Origin: Flavobacteriales bacterium
GTDB lineage: Bacteria; Bacteroidota; Bacteroidia; Flavobacteriales; Flavobacteriaceae
Reading direction: 5' to 3'
Assembly: GCA_031387085.1 (NCBI GenBank)
Contig: JANNCY010000141.1
Span: 1,265-65,264, forward strand
DNA: 64,000 nt
Shown: positions 28,060-37,585 of the stretch, in pieces
Layout: each line of letters opens with the position of its first letter
Position numbering within the stretch: position 1 is the stretch's first letter
Notes under the pieces: generated by a model
What the model saw: the letters and a program-made list of their open reading frames with translations, nothing else
The model's database searches: none
What the model was told of the DNA's origin: nothing
Made by a program: the position numbers and the translations under genes

Positions 28060-29343
28060 ATTCAAAAAGTCTTTTAACTCGCTATACGTTTTAATTTTAG
28101 TGCTAATTTTATCCTTGTTCAAAACACTTTCAATCTGTTGTGGAATCGGTAATTTTATCTTCAATGTCGGCTCCACAATATCCAAAAATTTAATCGGATG
28201 AGCGGTTTCTAAAAAGACACCAATGGCATTTTGATGGTTTAGCATTTCACACTTTAATCCTAAATAACCAACGGTACCGTGAGGTTCAGCAATATAGTTG
28301 GAGTTGGTGTAAATATTTTGCATTTCAAAAAGCGTCTCTTCGTCGGTGAAACTATAAGAGGTAAAATCGTTGGAAAACGCATTCAAATCGTTATTATACA
28401 TTTCCTGAATGCGGATAAAATTACTCGGATTCCCAACATCCATTGCATTGGAGATGGTTGCAACAGAAGGCTTCGCTTCGTAAATTCCTTTTTCTAAAAA
28501 TTTCGGAACGGTATCATTGGCATTCGTCGATGCTACAAAATGCGCAATCGGCAAACCTAATTTTTTGGCAATCACTCCGGCGCAAATATTTCCGAAATTA
28601 CCACTCGGACAGGAAACGATTAAAGGCTTGTTGTGTTTTTTGAGTTCTTTATACGCAAAGAAAAAGTAGAACATTTGTGGCAACCATCGTGCGATATTTA
28701 TCGAATTGGCCGAAGTTAAGTTTTTGTGTTGTAAATCGGCATCAAGAAAAGCCATTTTAACCATGTCCTGGCAATCGTCGAAAACACCATCAACTTCGAG
28801 TGCTTTGATGTTTTGTCCCAAAGTAGTAAGCTGCCGCTCTTGAATGTCGCTCACTTTTCCGGAAGGATAAAGAATAATTACTTCTACGCCTTTAACTCCC
28901 AAAAAACCACTGGCTACAGCACCTCCGGTATCACCAGAAGTAGCTACTAAAACGGTATTTTTAACTTCTTTATCTTTGTTGAAATAGGCCAAACATCTTG
29001 ACATCCATCGGGCACCAACATCTTTGAAAGCCATAGTGGGTCCGTGAAATAATTCTAGCGAATAAATGTTGTCATCGACTTTCACTAACGGAAAATCGAA
29101 TGATAAGGTTGCTGCCAAAATTTGTCTTAGCTCTGCTTCCGGAATTTCAGTTCCAACGAATTGTTTGATGGCTTCAAAAGCAATTTCAACATTCAATAAA
29201 TTTTCGATGTTGTCAAAAAATGATTGTGGTAATTTAGAAATGGTTTCTGGAAAATACAAACCTCTATCAGGAGCTAATCCTTGAATAACGGCTTCTTGGA
29301 AAGAAACTTTGTGACTTTTATTATTTAAACTGTAATACTTCAT
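28051..29343 (-). CDS. thrC: Threonine synthase
   Basis: [38 protein letters not shown] and PSGNFGN motifs. Confidence 0.97.
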   Translation of the reverse strand: MKYYSLNNKSHKVSFQEAVIQGLAPDRGLYFPETISKLPQSFFDNIENLLNVEIAFEAIKQFVGTEIPEAELRQILAATLSFDFPLVKVDDNIYSLELFHGPTMAFKDVGARWMSRCLAYFNKDKEVKNTVLVATSGDTGGAVASGFLGVKGVEVIILYPSGKVSDIQERQLTTLGQNIKALEVDGVFDDCQDMVKMAFLDADLQHKNLTSANSINIARWLPQMFYFFFAYKELKKHNKPLIVSCPSGNFGNICAGVIAKKLGLPIAHFVASTNANDTVPKFLEKGIYEAKPSVATISNAMDVGNPSNFIRIQEMYNNDLNAFSNDFTSYSFTDEETLFEMQNIYTNSNYIAEPHGTVGYLGLKCEMLNHQNAIGVFLETAHPIKFLDIVEPTLKIKLPIPQQIESVLNKDKISTKIKTYSELKDFLNLA

Positions 29344-29374
29344 TTGTTATCTATTTACTTCAAACTTCTTACAT

Positions 29375-30295
29375 CTACATTACATTTGTTCCTTGCGGAT
29401 TTATTTTGGATACATGAATATCGAAAGCAATTCCGGTATTCAAATAACTTTCACTCATCGCATAAGCTACTTTTTTAGCTGCTTCTTGCCCTTTACACAA
29501 GGCGAAGATGGACGGTCCGGCACCCGATATTCCTGAGCCTAACGCTCCATTTACTAGTGCGGCATTTTTTACTTCATCAAAATTGGGAATTAACTGTTTC
29601 CGCAAAGGTTCAATAATTACGTCTTGCAAGGAACGTCCAATTAATTCGTAATCGCTGGTGTAAATTCCGGCGATCAATCCGCCTAAATTGCCCCATTGGG
29701 TGATGGCCGATTTTAAAGAAATCATTGGTGATAAAACGGCTCTAGAATCCGAAGTTTTGACTTCAATATGCGGATGCAAAACTACGGCATACAGTTCACT
29801 TGGACTGTCCATTCGAATGACTTCTAACGGATTGTAGCCACGAACTAAAGTAAATCCGCCTAATAGGCAAGGAGCGACGTTGTCTGCATGTTCACTACCA
29901 CTGGCAATGACTTCACCTTTCATGGCAAAATCGACCAATTCGTGCTTGGTAAATGGTTTTCCTAGTAATTCGTTGATTCCGAAAACAGCTCCGGCCGCAC
30001 TGGCTGACGAACTGCCAATACCACTTCCTGCTTTTATTTTTTTGTGGATTTCAATCTCAAATCCGTAATCGATATTTACCTTTTGTAGTAAAGCTAAAGC
30101 AGCAACTCCAGCTACATTCTTTTCAGTTTCTAACGGTAGATCGGCACCGGTAATCTTCGTTATCCGGATGCCTTTTTCTGAAGACTTCCGGATGATCATT
30201 TCATCACCGATAGTTTCGAGACATAATCCCATTACATCGAAACCGCAATTGAGATTGGCGATGGTAGCTGGACAGAATATTTTTATTTCGTTCAT
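29375..30295 (-). CDS. thrB: Homoserine kinase
   Basis: PATIANLNCGFD, GSGIGSSSAS, HADNVAP and ISGAGPS motifs. Confidence 0.97.
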   Translation of the reverse strand: MNEIKIFCPATIANLNCGFDVMGLCLETIGDEMIIRKSSEKGIRITKITGADLPLETEKNVAGVAALALLQKVNIDYGFEIEIHKKIKAGSGIGSSSASAAGAVFGINELLGKPFTKHELVDFAMKGEVIASGSEHADNVAPCLLGGFTLVRGYNPLEVIRMDSPSELYAVVLHPHIEVKTSDSRAVLSPMISLKSAITQWGNLGGLIAGIYTSDYELIGRSLQDVIIEPLRKQLIPNFDEVKNAALVNGALGSGISGAGPSIFALCKGQEAAKKVAYAMSESYLNTGIAFDIHVSKINPQGTNVM

Positions 30296-30319
30296 TTTTT
30301 GATTAGCTGAGTAATTGAA

Positions 30320-32767
30320 TTAAACGTTTCCGATTCGGATAACATCGGCGAAAATTCCAGAAGCAGTTACTGCTGCTCCGGCTCCAGCTCCTTTAATTAA
30401 CAAAGGTTGATCGACATATCGGTCGGTATAAAACTGAACGATATTATCTTTTCCTTCTAAATTGTAAAACGGACTGTCGGAAGGAATGAATTGCAATCCG
30501 ACGCTGGCTTTACCGTTTTCAAAAGAAGCTACAAATTTTAAGCGGCTTTCTTTTTGTTTGGCTTCCGCTAAAAGATTTTCAAAATGTGCAGCATGTTTGG
30601 TTAGCGATTTAAAAAAATCGTCATTACTGGTGGTATTCATACATGCGGAAGGAAGGAATGAATTATTGGTAATATCTTCAATTTCCATTTGATAACCGCT
30701 TTCACGAATTAAAATTAAAATCTTTCTGGCTACATCAACTCCACTTAAATCAATTTTCGGGTCAGGTTCTGTAAATCCTTGTACGCCAGCTTCTTTTACA
30801 ACATCGTGAAAGTTATAAGTATCGCTGAAATTATTAAAAATAAAATTCAAGCTTCCCGATAAAACGGCATTGATACGGTTGACTTTATCTCCAGACGCAA
30901 TAAGGTGTTTTAACGTGTCGATAATTGGCAATCCGGCACCAACATTGGTTTCAAATAAGAAAGGCGCATTGTACTTTCGTGATAACGATTTTAAGTTCTT
31001 GTAATTTTCATATTGTGAGGAACAGGCAATTTTATTACAGGTTACCACAGCAATATTTTGCTTTAGAAATTGATCGTAAATCGATGCAATAGCTTCGTTG
31101 GCCGTAATATCTACAAAAATACTATTCCGTAAATTAAGTCCTTTGGCACGGGCAATAAAATCGCTTACGTTGGCCGTTTCTCCATTATCTAATGATGTTT
31201 TCCAATCTTTTAACGACATTCCTTCTTCATCAAAAAACATTTTTCTGGAATTGGATAAGGCGATGACACGCAAATTAATTTTCAAGTTTTCTTTCAAGAA
31301 TTTCTTTTGCTGGTTGATTTGGTCGATGAATTTCTCACCAACATTTCCAACGCCCATAACGAATAAATTTAATTGTTTGGTATTGTCTTCAAAGAAACGT
31401 TCGTGTAATGTGTTTAGTGCTTTTTTGACATCTTTCTCATTAATAACAACAGAAATATTTCGTTCCGAAGCACCTTGTGCAATAGCGCGAATATTCACAT
31501 TATTCTTTCCTAAAGTGCTGAACATTTTCCCACTCAAACCTTGATGATTTTTCATGCTTTCGCCCACTAATGCTACTATACATAAGTCCTTCTCAACGAT
31601 GCAAGGATCTATTTTATTTTGTGCAATTTCGATTTCAAAAGTGGTGTCGATAGCGCTTTTTGCTTTATCGGCATCCTGATTTAGAATTCCGATGCAAATC
31701 GAATGCTCTGAAGAAGCTTGCGTAATGAAAATCACATTGATATTGTGCTGCGACAATACTTCGAATAAACGTTTCGAAGAACCTGCAACACCAATCATTC
31801 CCGAACCTTCTAATGTCAATAAAGAAATCCCATCAATATGCGTAATCCCTTTGATTGGATTAGTATGGGCTTCAGGAGTGCTGGATATTAAGGTACCATA
31901 CGCTTCAGGTTCAAACGTATTTTTTATCCAAATTGGAATATTGGCTTTCAGTACAGGTTGAATAGTCGGCGGATACAGTACTTTCGCTCCGAAATGCGAT
32001 AACTCCATCGCTTCTTGGTACGAAATCGATTCGATAGGTTGGGCTTGTTTGACAATTTTCGGATTAGCAGTGAACATTCCGTTGACGTCGGTCCAAATTT
32101 CTAAAGAAGATGCATTCACACCATTGGCAATAATCGCAGCCGTATAATCGGAACCGCCACGTCCTAGTGTTGTAGAATTCCCATCTACATCAGCAGCAAT
32201 AAATCCGGGTAATAAAACCACTTGCGATTTATTAGTGTCGAAGTAATCACCGATTAGCTTATTGGTGATTTCAAAATCGACTGCCGCTTTACCAAAATTA
32301 GAATTGGTTTTAATTAAATCGCGACTGTCTTTAAAATTGCTATTCGGAATGGTTTGTTGTAAAGCAGTTGCTATAATTTGCGACGACAACAATTCGCCAA
32401 ATCCTGCAATAGCATCGGCAGTTCTAGGCGATAGTTCTCCCAATAAATAACAACCATCCAATAAGGTTTGCAATTGGTTGATTTGACTGTTCACTTTTAT
32501 AAGCAATTGATTTTGATTGGCATTATCGACCAAACTCGCAATCGCTTCAAAATGTTTTTGCTTGAGCTCTTCGATGTTGTCTTTGTACGTCTCGTTTTTA
32601 GAAGCTGCATTTTTAGAAGCATTAATCAACATATCGGTCACGCCACTTAATGCCGAAACCACGACAGCTAATTTATTTTGAATTGCTTTTTGATTAACGA
32701 TTTCGAGAACCAATTTAATATTTTGTGCATTGGCAACCGAAGTTCCGCCAAATTTTAATACGATCAT
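30320..32767 (-). CDS. thrA: Bifunctional aspartate kinase / homoserine dehydrogenase I
   Basis: VLKFGGTSV, TLGRGGSDYTA, ACT domains, GVGNVG and FETNVGAGLP motifs. Confidence 0.97.
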   Translation of the reverse strand: MIVLKFGGTSVANAQNIKLVLEIVNQKAIQNKLAVVVSALSGVTDMLINASKNAASKNETYKDNIEELKQKHFEAIASLVDNANQNQLLIKVNSQINQLQTLLDGCYLLGELSPRTADAIAGFGELLSSQIIATALQQTIPNSNFKDSRDLIKTNSNFGKAAVDFEITNKLIGDYFDTNKSQVVLLPGFIAADVDGNSTTLGRGGSDYTAAIIANGVNASSLEIWTDVNGMFTANPKIVKQAQPIESISYQEAMELSHFGAKVLYPPTIQPVLKANIPIWIKNTFEPEAYGTLISSTPEAHTNPIKGITHIDGISLLTLEGSGMIGVAGSSKRLFEVLSQHNINVIFITQASSEHSICIGILNQDADKAKSAIDTTFEIEIAQNKIDPCIVEKDLCIVALVGESMKNHQGLSGKMFSTLGKNNVNIRAIAQGASERNISVVINEKDVKKALNTLHERFFEDNTKQLNLFVMGVGNVGEKFIDQINQQKKFLKENLKINLRVIALSNSRKMFFDEEGMSLKDWKTSLDNGETANVSDFIARAKGLNLRNSIFVDITANEAIASIYDQFLKQNIAVVTCNKIACSSQYENYKNLKSLSRKYNAPFLFETNVGAGLPIIDTLKHLIASGDKVNRINAVLSGSLNFIFNNFSDTYNFHDVVKEAGVQGFTEPDPKIDLSGVDVARKILILIRESGYQMEIEDITNNSFLPSACMNTTSNDDFFKSLTKHAAHFENLLAEAKQKESRLKFVASFENGKASVGLQFIPSDSPFYNLEGKDNIVQFYTDRYVDQPLLIKGAGAGAAVTASGIFADVIRIGNV

Positions 32768-32844
32768 TTTGTAAATTTTTATTGAATATCAAGATTTTTT
32801 CTCTTTCTTTCGAAAGAACATATAGAAGGGATTATATGTGAAAA

Positions 32845-32952
32845 TTATACCCCAAACGGGGTTGTAGTTGTAGTTGATGTAGTGCCAACGAAGGTTGCAA
32901 CCAAAGATTTGGTTGTGAATAAAGACAATATACTATTTGTTTTATTAAGCAT
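32845..32952 (-). CDS. Putative thr operon leader peptide, 35 aa
   Basis: MLNKTNSILSLFTTKSLVATFVGTTSTTTTTPFGV*; 11 Thr, 7 of them in the 8 codons 24-31; upstream of thrA; promoter TACTTTTG at 32966-32959. Confidence 0.8.
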   Translation of the reverse strand: MLNKTNSILSLFTTKSLVATFVGTTSTTTTTPFGV

Positions 32953-33163
32953 ACATTTCAAAAGTAGCATTTTTTAGTTAGTAAAAAAATAAACGCAGTA
33001 TTTTTGTGAATATCACAACATTATGCGGATAAAATAGTTGCTTTATTTTCATCTCTACCTTAATTACAGTCAAAATTTATAGAATTCTCAATAAAATAGC
33101 GGAAGAAATAGTTGCTTTTTAACAATTGTTTGCGGAATTTTGAAGACATTTTTTATCAATTCA

Positions 33164-34669
33164 ATGGAAACAATACATTATATAAGTTCAGAATTACTGC
33201 AATTAGAGACATTGCAAGAAATCATTTCACAAAATCAATCTATTGCACTTTCGGAAGAAGCTAAAATCAATATTCAGAAATGTCGTGATTATTTGGACAA
33301 AAAAATGGCGAATGATGGAGAACCGATTTACGGAATTAACACTGGATTTGGTTCACTGTGTAATGTTAAAATATCCAACGAAAACTTATCACAACTTCAG
33401 GAAAACTTAGTTAAATCGCATGCGTGCGGAACAGGTGATGTGGTTCCGAATGAAATTGTAAAAATCATGTTGTTGCTGAAAATCCAATCATTGAGTTACG
33501 GACATTCTGGCGTTCAATTACAAACCGTAGAACGATTGGTTGATTTTTATAATAATGATGTATTACCTATAATTTATACACAAGGTTCGTTAGGAGCAAG
33601 TGGCGATTTGGCTCCACTAGCCCATTTATCATTGCCACTTTTAGGAGAAGGAGAAGTTTTTTTCGAAGGTGAAAAAGTATATTCGTTTGTCGTATTGAAG
33701 AAGTTCAATTGGCAACCTATCGTACTGCAATCCAAAGAAGGTTTGGCTTTATTAAACGGAACACAGTTCATGAGTGCTTATGGATGTTATATCCTATTAA
33801 AAGCGATGAAATATTCGTATTTGGCGGATGTGATTTCTGCTATTTCATTGGAAGGATTTGATGGCAGAATAGAGCCATTTGATGAATTGATTCATTTTAT
33901 ACGACCGCATAAAGGACAAATAGTGACCGCGCAACGCATGAAGCAATTGTTGCAAGACAGTGAAATAATCGCGCAGAAGAAAGAACATGTTCAGGATCCG
34001 TATTCGTTTCGTTGTATTCCGCAAGTGCACGGCGCTTCGAAAGACACGATTGATTATGTGAAAAAAGTATTCAAAACCGAGATCAATTCGGTTACCGACA
34101 ATCCTAATATATTTAGAGAAAGTGATGTAATTATTTCAGGCGGGAATTTTCACGGACAGCCTTTGGCTTTAGCTTTGGATTTCTTAGGAATTGCATTGGC
34201 TGAATTGGGAAGTATCTCTGAAAGAAGAACCTACCAATTGATTTCCGGTTTGCGAGGTTTACCCGCATTCTTGGTTGATAATCCGGGATTGAATTCGGGG
34301 TTTATGATTCCGCAATACACTGCAGCCAGCATCGCAAGTCAGAACAAACAATTGGCTACTCCAGCGAGTATTGACAGTATTGTTTCGAGCAACGGACAAG
34401 AAGACCATGTGAGTATGGGTGCCAATGCGGCGACAAAGTGTTTGAAAATAATGGAAAATATTGAACGTATTTTGGCAATTGAATTAATGAATGCTTCTCA
34501 GGCGATTGAATTTAGAAAACCGTTACAATCAAGTAATTTTATTGAAATGTTTTTGAAATCGTATCGGGAAGTCGTTCCGTTTGTAAAAGAGGATCGCATT
34601 TTACATTATGATATTGAAAACTCGGTTGCGTTTTTGAATAGTTTTTTGATAGATGAGACGGTTTTATAA
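33164..34669 (+). CDS. hutH: Histidine ammonia-lyase
   Basis: YGINTGFG, GSLGASGDL (ASG MIO), KEGLALLNGT, QDPYSFRC and GGNFHGQP motifs. ATG 33164 is preferred. Confidence 0.97.
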   Translation: METIHYISSELLQLETLQEIISQNQSIALSEEAKINIQKCRDYLDKKMANDGEPIYGINTGFGSLCNVKISNENLSQLQENLVKSHACGTGDVVPNEIVKIMLLLKIQSLSYGHSGVQLQTVERLVDFYNNDVLPIIYTQGSLGASGDLAPLAHLSLPLLGEGEVFFEGEKVYSFVVLKKFNWQPIVLQSKEGLALLNGTQFMSAYGCYILLKAMKYSYLADVISAISLEGFDGRIEPFDELIHFIRPHKGQIVTAQRMKQLLQDSEIIAQKKEHVQDPYSFRCIPQVHGASKDTIDYVKKVFKTEINSVTDNPNIFRESDVIISGGNFHGQPLALALDFLGIALAELGSISERRTYQLISGLRGLPAFLVDNPGLNSGFMIPQYTAASIASQNKQLATPASIDSIVSSNGQEDHVSMGANAATKCLKIMENIERILAIELMNASQAIEFRKPLQSSNFIEMFLKSYREVVPFVKEDRILHYDIENSVAFLNSFLIDETVL

Positions 34670-35023
34670 AAACAAACTCAACAATCCTAAGAAAGCTGGA
34701 ATGCTTTGGACATATAGTATTCGTTTAGAAACCGTAACTGCGCCATAAATTCCGGCTATCAATACACAAGTAAGAAAAAAAACTGCCACGTTTTTACTCC
34801 ACATAACATCCGAAATATACAACGACCAAATCAATCCAAAAGCCAAAAAGCCGTTATACAATCCTTGATTGGCAGCCATAACTTTGGTCTTTTCGAACAT
34901 ATCGGCTGGAATGGTTTTGAAAACTTTTCTACCATGTGTTGTCCATACAAACATTTCCAACCATAAAATATAAAGGTGAATGAATGCAACAAATCCGATG
35001 ATAATTTGAGAAATTAATGTCAT
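34664..35023 (-). CDS. DUF1304 family membrane protein
   Basis: HLYILWLEM and ANQGLYNGFLA motifs. Confidence 0.85.
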   Translation of the reverse strand: MTLISQIIIGFVAFIHLYILWLEMFVWTTHGRKVFKTIPADMFEKTKVMAANQGLYNGFLAFGLIWSLYISDVMWSKNVAVFFLTCVLIAGIYGAVTVSKRILYVQSIPAFLGLLSLFL

Positions 35024-35025
35024 AG

Positions 35026-35607
35026 CTAGTCGTTTTCGTTAAATATCCTTTCAATTCTTTTATCGGGAACTAACCACATCAGCGCAACAAAAATATAAAT
35101 AGCTCCAGCAACAACTGGGTAATAATTTGCAAAAACAATAGCAATAAAATACAAAATAGGAGATGATTTTCCTTTGTAATCTTTACCTAAAGCTCTAGCC
35201 AGTAAGGAATCTTTGCCGTGGTGTTTTAAAATTACGTTTTGTAAAATAAAATACGCAACGCCATTCATAAACAAAATTACGCCGTACATCATCATTGGAA
35301 AAGGAGCAAAGTGATTTTCGCCAATTAAGGCAGTTACAAAGGGAATCAGCGACAACCAAAATAGCAAATGTAAATTGGCCCAAAGAATGCTTCCGTTGAC
35401 ACGCTTTACCGTATGCATCATGTGATGGTGGTTGTTCCAGTATATTCCGATGTAGATAAAACTTAAAATGTAACTAAAAAATTTAGGTAGCATAGGGCGT
35501 AAAGCTTCCCAATCAATTCCTTCCGGAACTTTAAACTCCAATACCATAATCGTTATGATAATAGCTAAAACGCCGTCACTAAAAGCTTCCAATCTATTTT
35601 TATTCGT
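35026..35607 (-). CDS. TMEM175 family K+ channel (DUF1211); expected start codon reads ACG
   Basis: ACG AAT AAA AAT AGA TTG GAA GCT TTT AGT GAC gives (T/M)NKNRLEAFSDGV; RxxxFSD, IIITIMVLE, YWNNHH and LIPF motifs. Confidence 0.85.
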   Translation of the reverse strand, partial: TNKNRLEAFSDGVLAIIITIMVLEFKVPEGIDWEALRPMLPKFFSYILSFIYIGIYWNNHHHMMHTVKRVNGSILWANLHLLFWLSLIPFVTALIGENHFAPFPMMMYGVILFMNGVAYFILQNVILKHHGKDSLLARALGKDYKGKSSPILYFIAIVFANYYPVVAGAIYIFVALMWLVPDKRIERIFNEND

Positions 35608-35611
35608 ACGC

Positions 35612-36127
35612 TTAACTGTTTAGAGTTCCCAAAGTTTTATGGATTTTTCGCTTGTGGGTTGTTCTTTTCAACGTTTTGTCTCCCGAAATTACGCTGATAT
35701 TGCCGTCAATTTCCATCATGGCTAATTTGACTTCTTTATAGGTTTCAACACCGTGTTCTCGAATTACTTCGTCTAATTCGTCGGAAGAAATTTCCAATTT
35801 ACTCAATATTTTGAAATCTATTTTCCCGTCGTGAATTAAAATTTTTGGCTTGTCTTGAATAAAGTCACTCATTGATTTAAACCGATACATTACTTTCTTC
35901 AAAAAATAATTTAGGCAAAAGAGCGCCAATGCAGCTACCAATCCGCCGTAGAGCGAAGTATTATTTCCAACCATCGCGTTTTGAACAGAGTTGCTAATCA
36001 ATAAAATCAGAATGACATCGGCAGTATTGAGTTGCGAAAGTTCTTTTTTGCCAAATATACGCAGGGCGATTACCATAAAGAGGTAAACGGCAACACTTCG
36101 AATAACAATATCTAAATAGGGATTCAT
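35612..36127 (-). CDS. DUF421 / YetF family membrane protein
   Basis: LRIFGKKELSQL..AD, PKILIHDGKI and MEIDGNISVI motifs. Confidence 0.85.
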   Translation of the reverse strand: MNPYLDIVIRSVAVYLFMVIALRIFGKKELSQLNTADVILILLISNSVQNAMVGNNTSLYGGLVAALALFCLNYFLKKVMYRFKSMSDFIQDKPKILIHDGKIDFKILSKLEISSDELDEVIREHGVETYKEVKLAMMEIDGNISVISGDKTLKRTTHKRKIHKTLGTLNS

Positions 36128-36129
36128 TA

Positions 36130-37506
36130 TTAATGCAGTTTGCGTTTAATATTATTTTCGATAGCCATAATCATTTCTCCGGCTATGTCCTTATTTGTAG
36201 CTCCTTCAATTCCCTCTAATCCTGGTGATGAATTGACTTCCAATAATAAAGGCCCTTTAGACGAGCGAATGATATCAACCCCAGCCACCTTTAAATCCAT
36301 TGCTTTAGCCGCTTTTATTGCCATTTTTTTCTCTTCGGTTGTTGGTTTAACAACCGAAGCAGTTCCACCCATATGAATGTTAGCTCTGAATTCTCCGGGA
36401 GCAGCTTCTCGTTGCATTGATGCTACTACTTTTCCGTCTACAACAAATAATCGGAGGTCTTTCCCGTCGGCTTCTTTTATAAACTCCTGAACTAAAATAT
36501 TGGCATTTAGACTTTTGAAAGCGTTAATTACGGATTCGGCTGCTTTTTTGGTTTCTGCTAAAACAACACCCTTGCCCTGAGTTCCTTCTAATAACTTGAC
36601 AATTAATGGCGGACCACCAACCATTTTAATCAAATCATCAGTATCTAAAGGAGAATTTGCAAATCCAGTGGTTGGAATATCGACCCCGTTTCTTAATAAT
36701 AACTGAAGAGAAAATAATTTATCACGGGATTGCGTAATGGCGGCAGCCGAATTCAAACAATAAATTTTCATTGCTTCAAATTGCCTAGTCAACGCACATC
36801 CGTAAAATGTGATACTCGGACGAATTCTAGGAATTACGGCATCAAAATTGTCTAAAACTTTACCTCCTCGATAGTGAATTTCGGGATTGTTTGCATCTAA
36901 TTTCATGTAACATTCCTTTATGTTAAGAAAGTGCATTTCATGTCCACGCATCTCACCTGCTTCCATAATTCTACGGTTACTATACAAATCAGGATTGCTA
37001 GCCAAAAGGCCAATTCGTAATCCTGAATTTTTAACTTCATAATTTACATATAGCTCTTTTAAGTTTTCCATTGAAGCTTGTCCAAGTAAGTATTGTTTCT
37101 CGGGATCGACTAATATTCTGCCGCTCATTGCTTCACGTCCTAAAAGCATTCGAAAACCCATTGAATCTCGATTAGTCAAAGTCATTTCTATAGCCCAGGA
37201 ATCAGTACCAATTTTTAAATTTGTTTGGATAACGTAGCGTTGTTCTCTATATCCGCTGGAACTTTTTACAACTCGCTTGTCAATCAATAAAGCTTCGCAA
37301 TGAATTACGGTTTTTAGATTATTCTGAATTGGATTGATGTCAAATTTTACCCAATTGATTCCTTCCTTACGGAAAGGGGCAATATTTATGGCATGTAAAG
37401 CCGAGGTTTTCGCACCTGAATCTACTCGTGCTTTTATAGCAGGAATGCCGAGTTCGGGAAAGGAACACCATTCTTCTGAACCTAATATAATTTTGTTTTG
37501 AGGCAT
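36130..37506 (-). CDS. rimK: RimK alpha-L-glutamate ligase fused to an N-terminal retropepsin-like protease domain
   Basis: N-terminal [10 protein letters not shown] and MLLGR; C-terminal [31 protein letters not shown] and EVNSSPG motifs. Confidence 0.92.
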   Translation of the reverse strand: MPQNKIILGSEEWCSFPELGIPAIKARVDSGAKTSALHAINIAPFRKEGINWVKFDINPIQNNLKTVIHCEALLIDKRVVKSSSGYREQRYVIQTNLKIGTDSWAIEMTLTNRDSMGFRMLLGREAMSGRILVDPEKQYLLGQASMENLKELYVNYEVKNSGLRIGLLASNPDLYSNRRIMEAGEMRGHEMHFLNIKECYMKLDANNPEIHYRGGKVLDNFDAVIPRIRPSITFYGCALTRQFEAMKIYCLNSAAAITQSRDKLFSLQLLLRNGVDIPTTGFANSPLDTDDLIKMVGGPPLIVKLLEGTQGKGVVLAETKKAAESVINAFKSLNANILVQEFIKEADGKDLRLFVVDGKVVASMQREAAPGEFRANIHMGGTASVVKPTTEEKKMAIKAAKAMDLKVAGVDIIRSSKGPLLLEVNSSPGLEGIEGATNKDIAGEMIMAIENNIKRKLH

Positions 37507-37518
37507 ATTTTAAAAATG

Positions 37519-37567
37519 AAAAACCACGAATTCTCGATAAAAATAACTAGTATTCGGGAATTCGTGG
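37519..37567 (-). terminator. Intrinsic terminator after clpC
   Basis: Stem CCACGAATTCTCGA / TCGGGAATTCGTGG; T5 follows on the minus strand. Confidence 0.7.
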
Positions 37568-37585
37568 CTAAAATTTAATTAGAGT

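Noticed and set aside
34664-34669. Short tail-to-tail overlaps (hutH/DUF1304; also 28051-28059 and 47934-47937)
   Set aside because: Common for convergent genes in compact genomes; no further signal.
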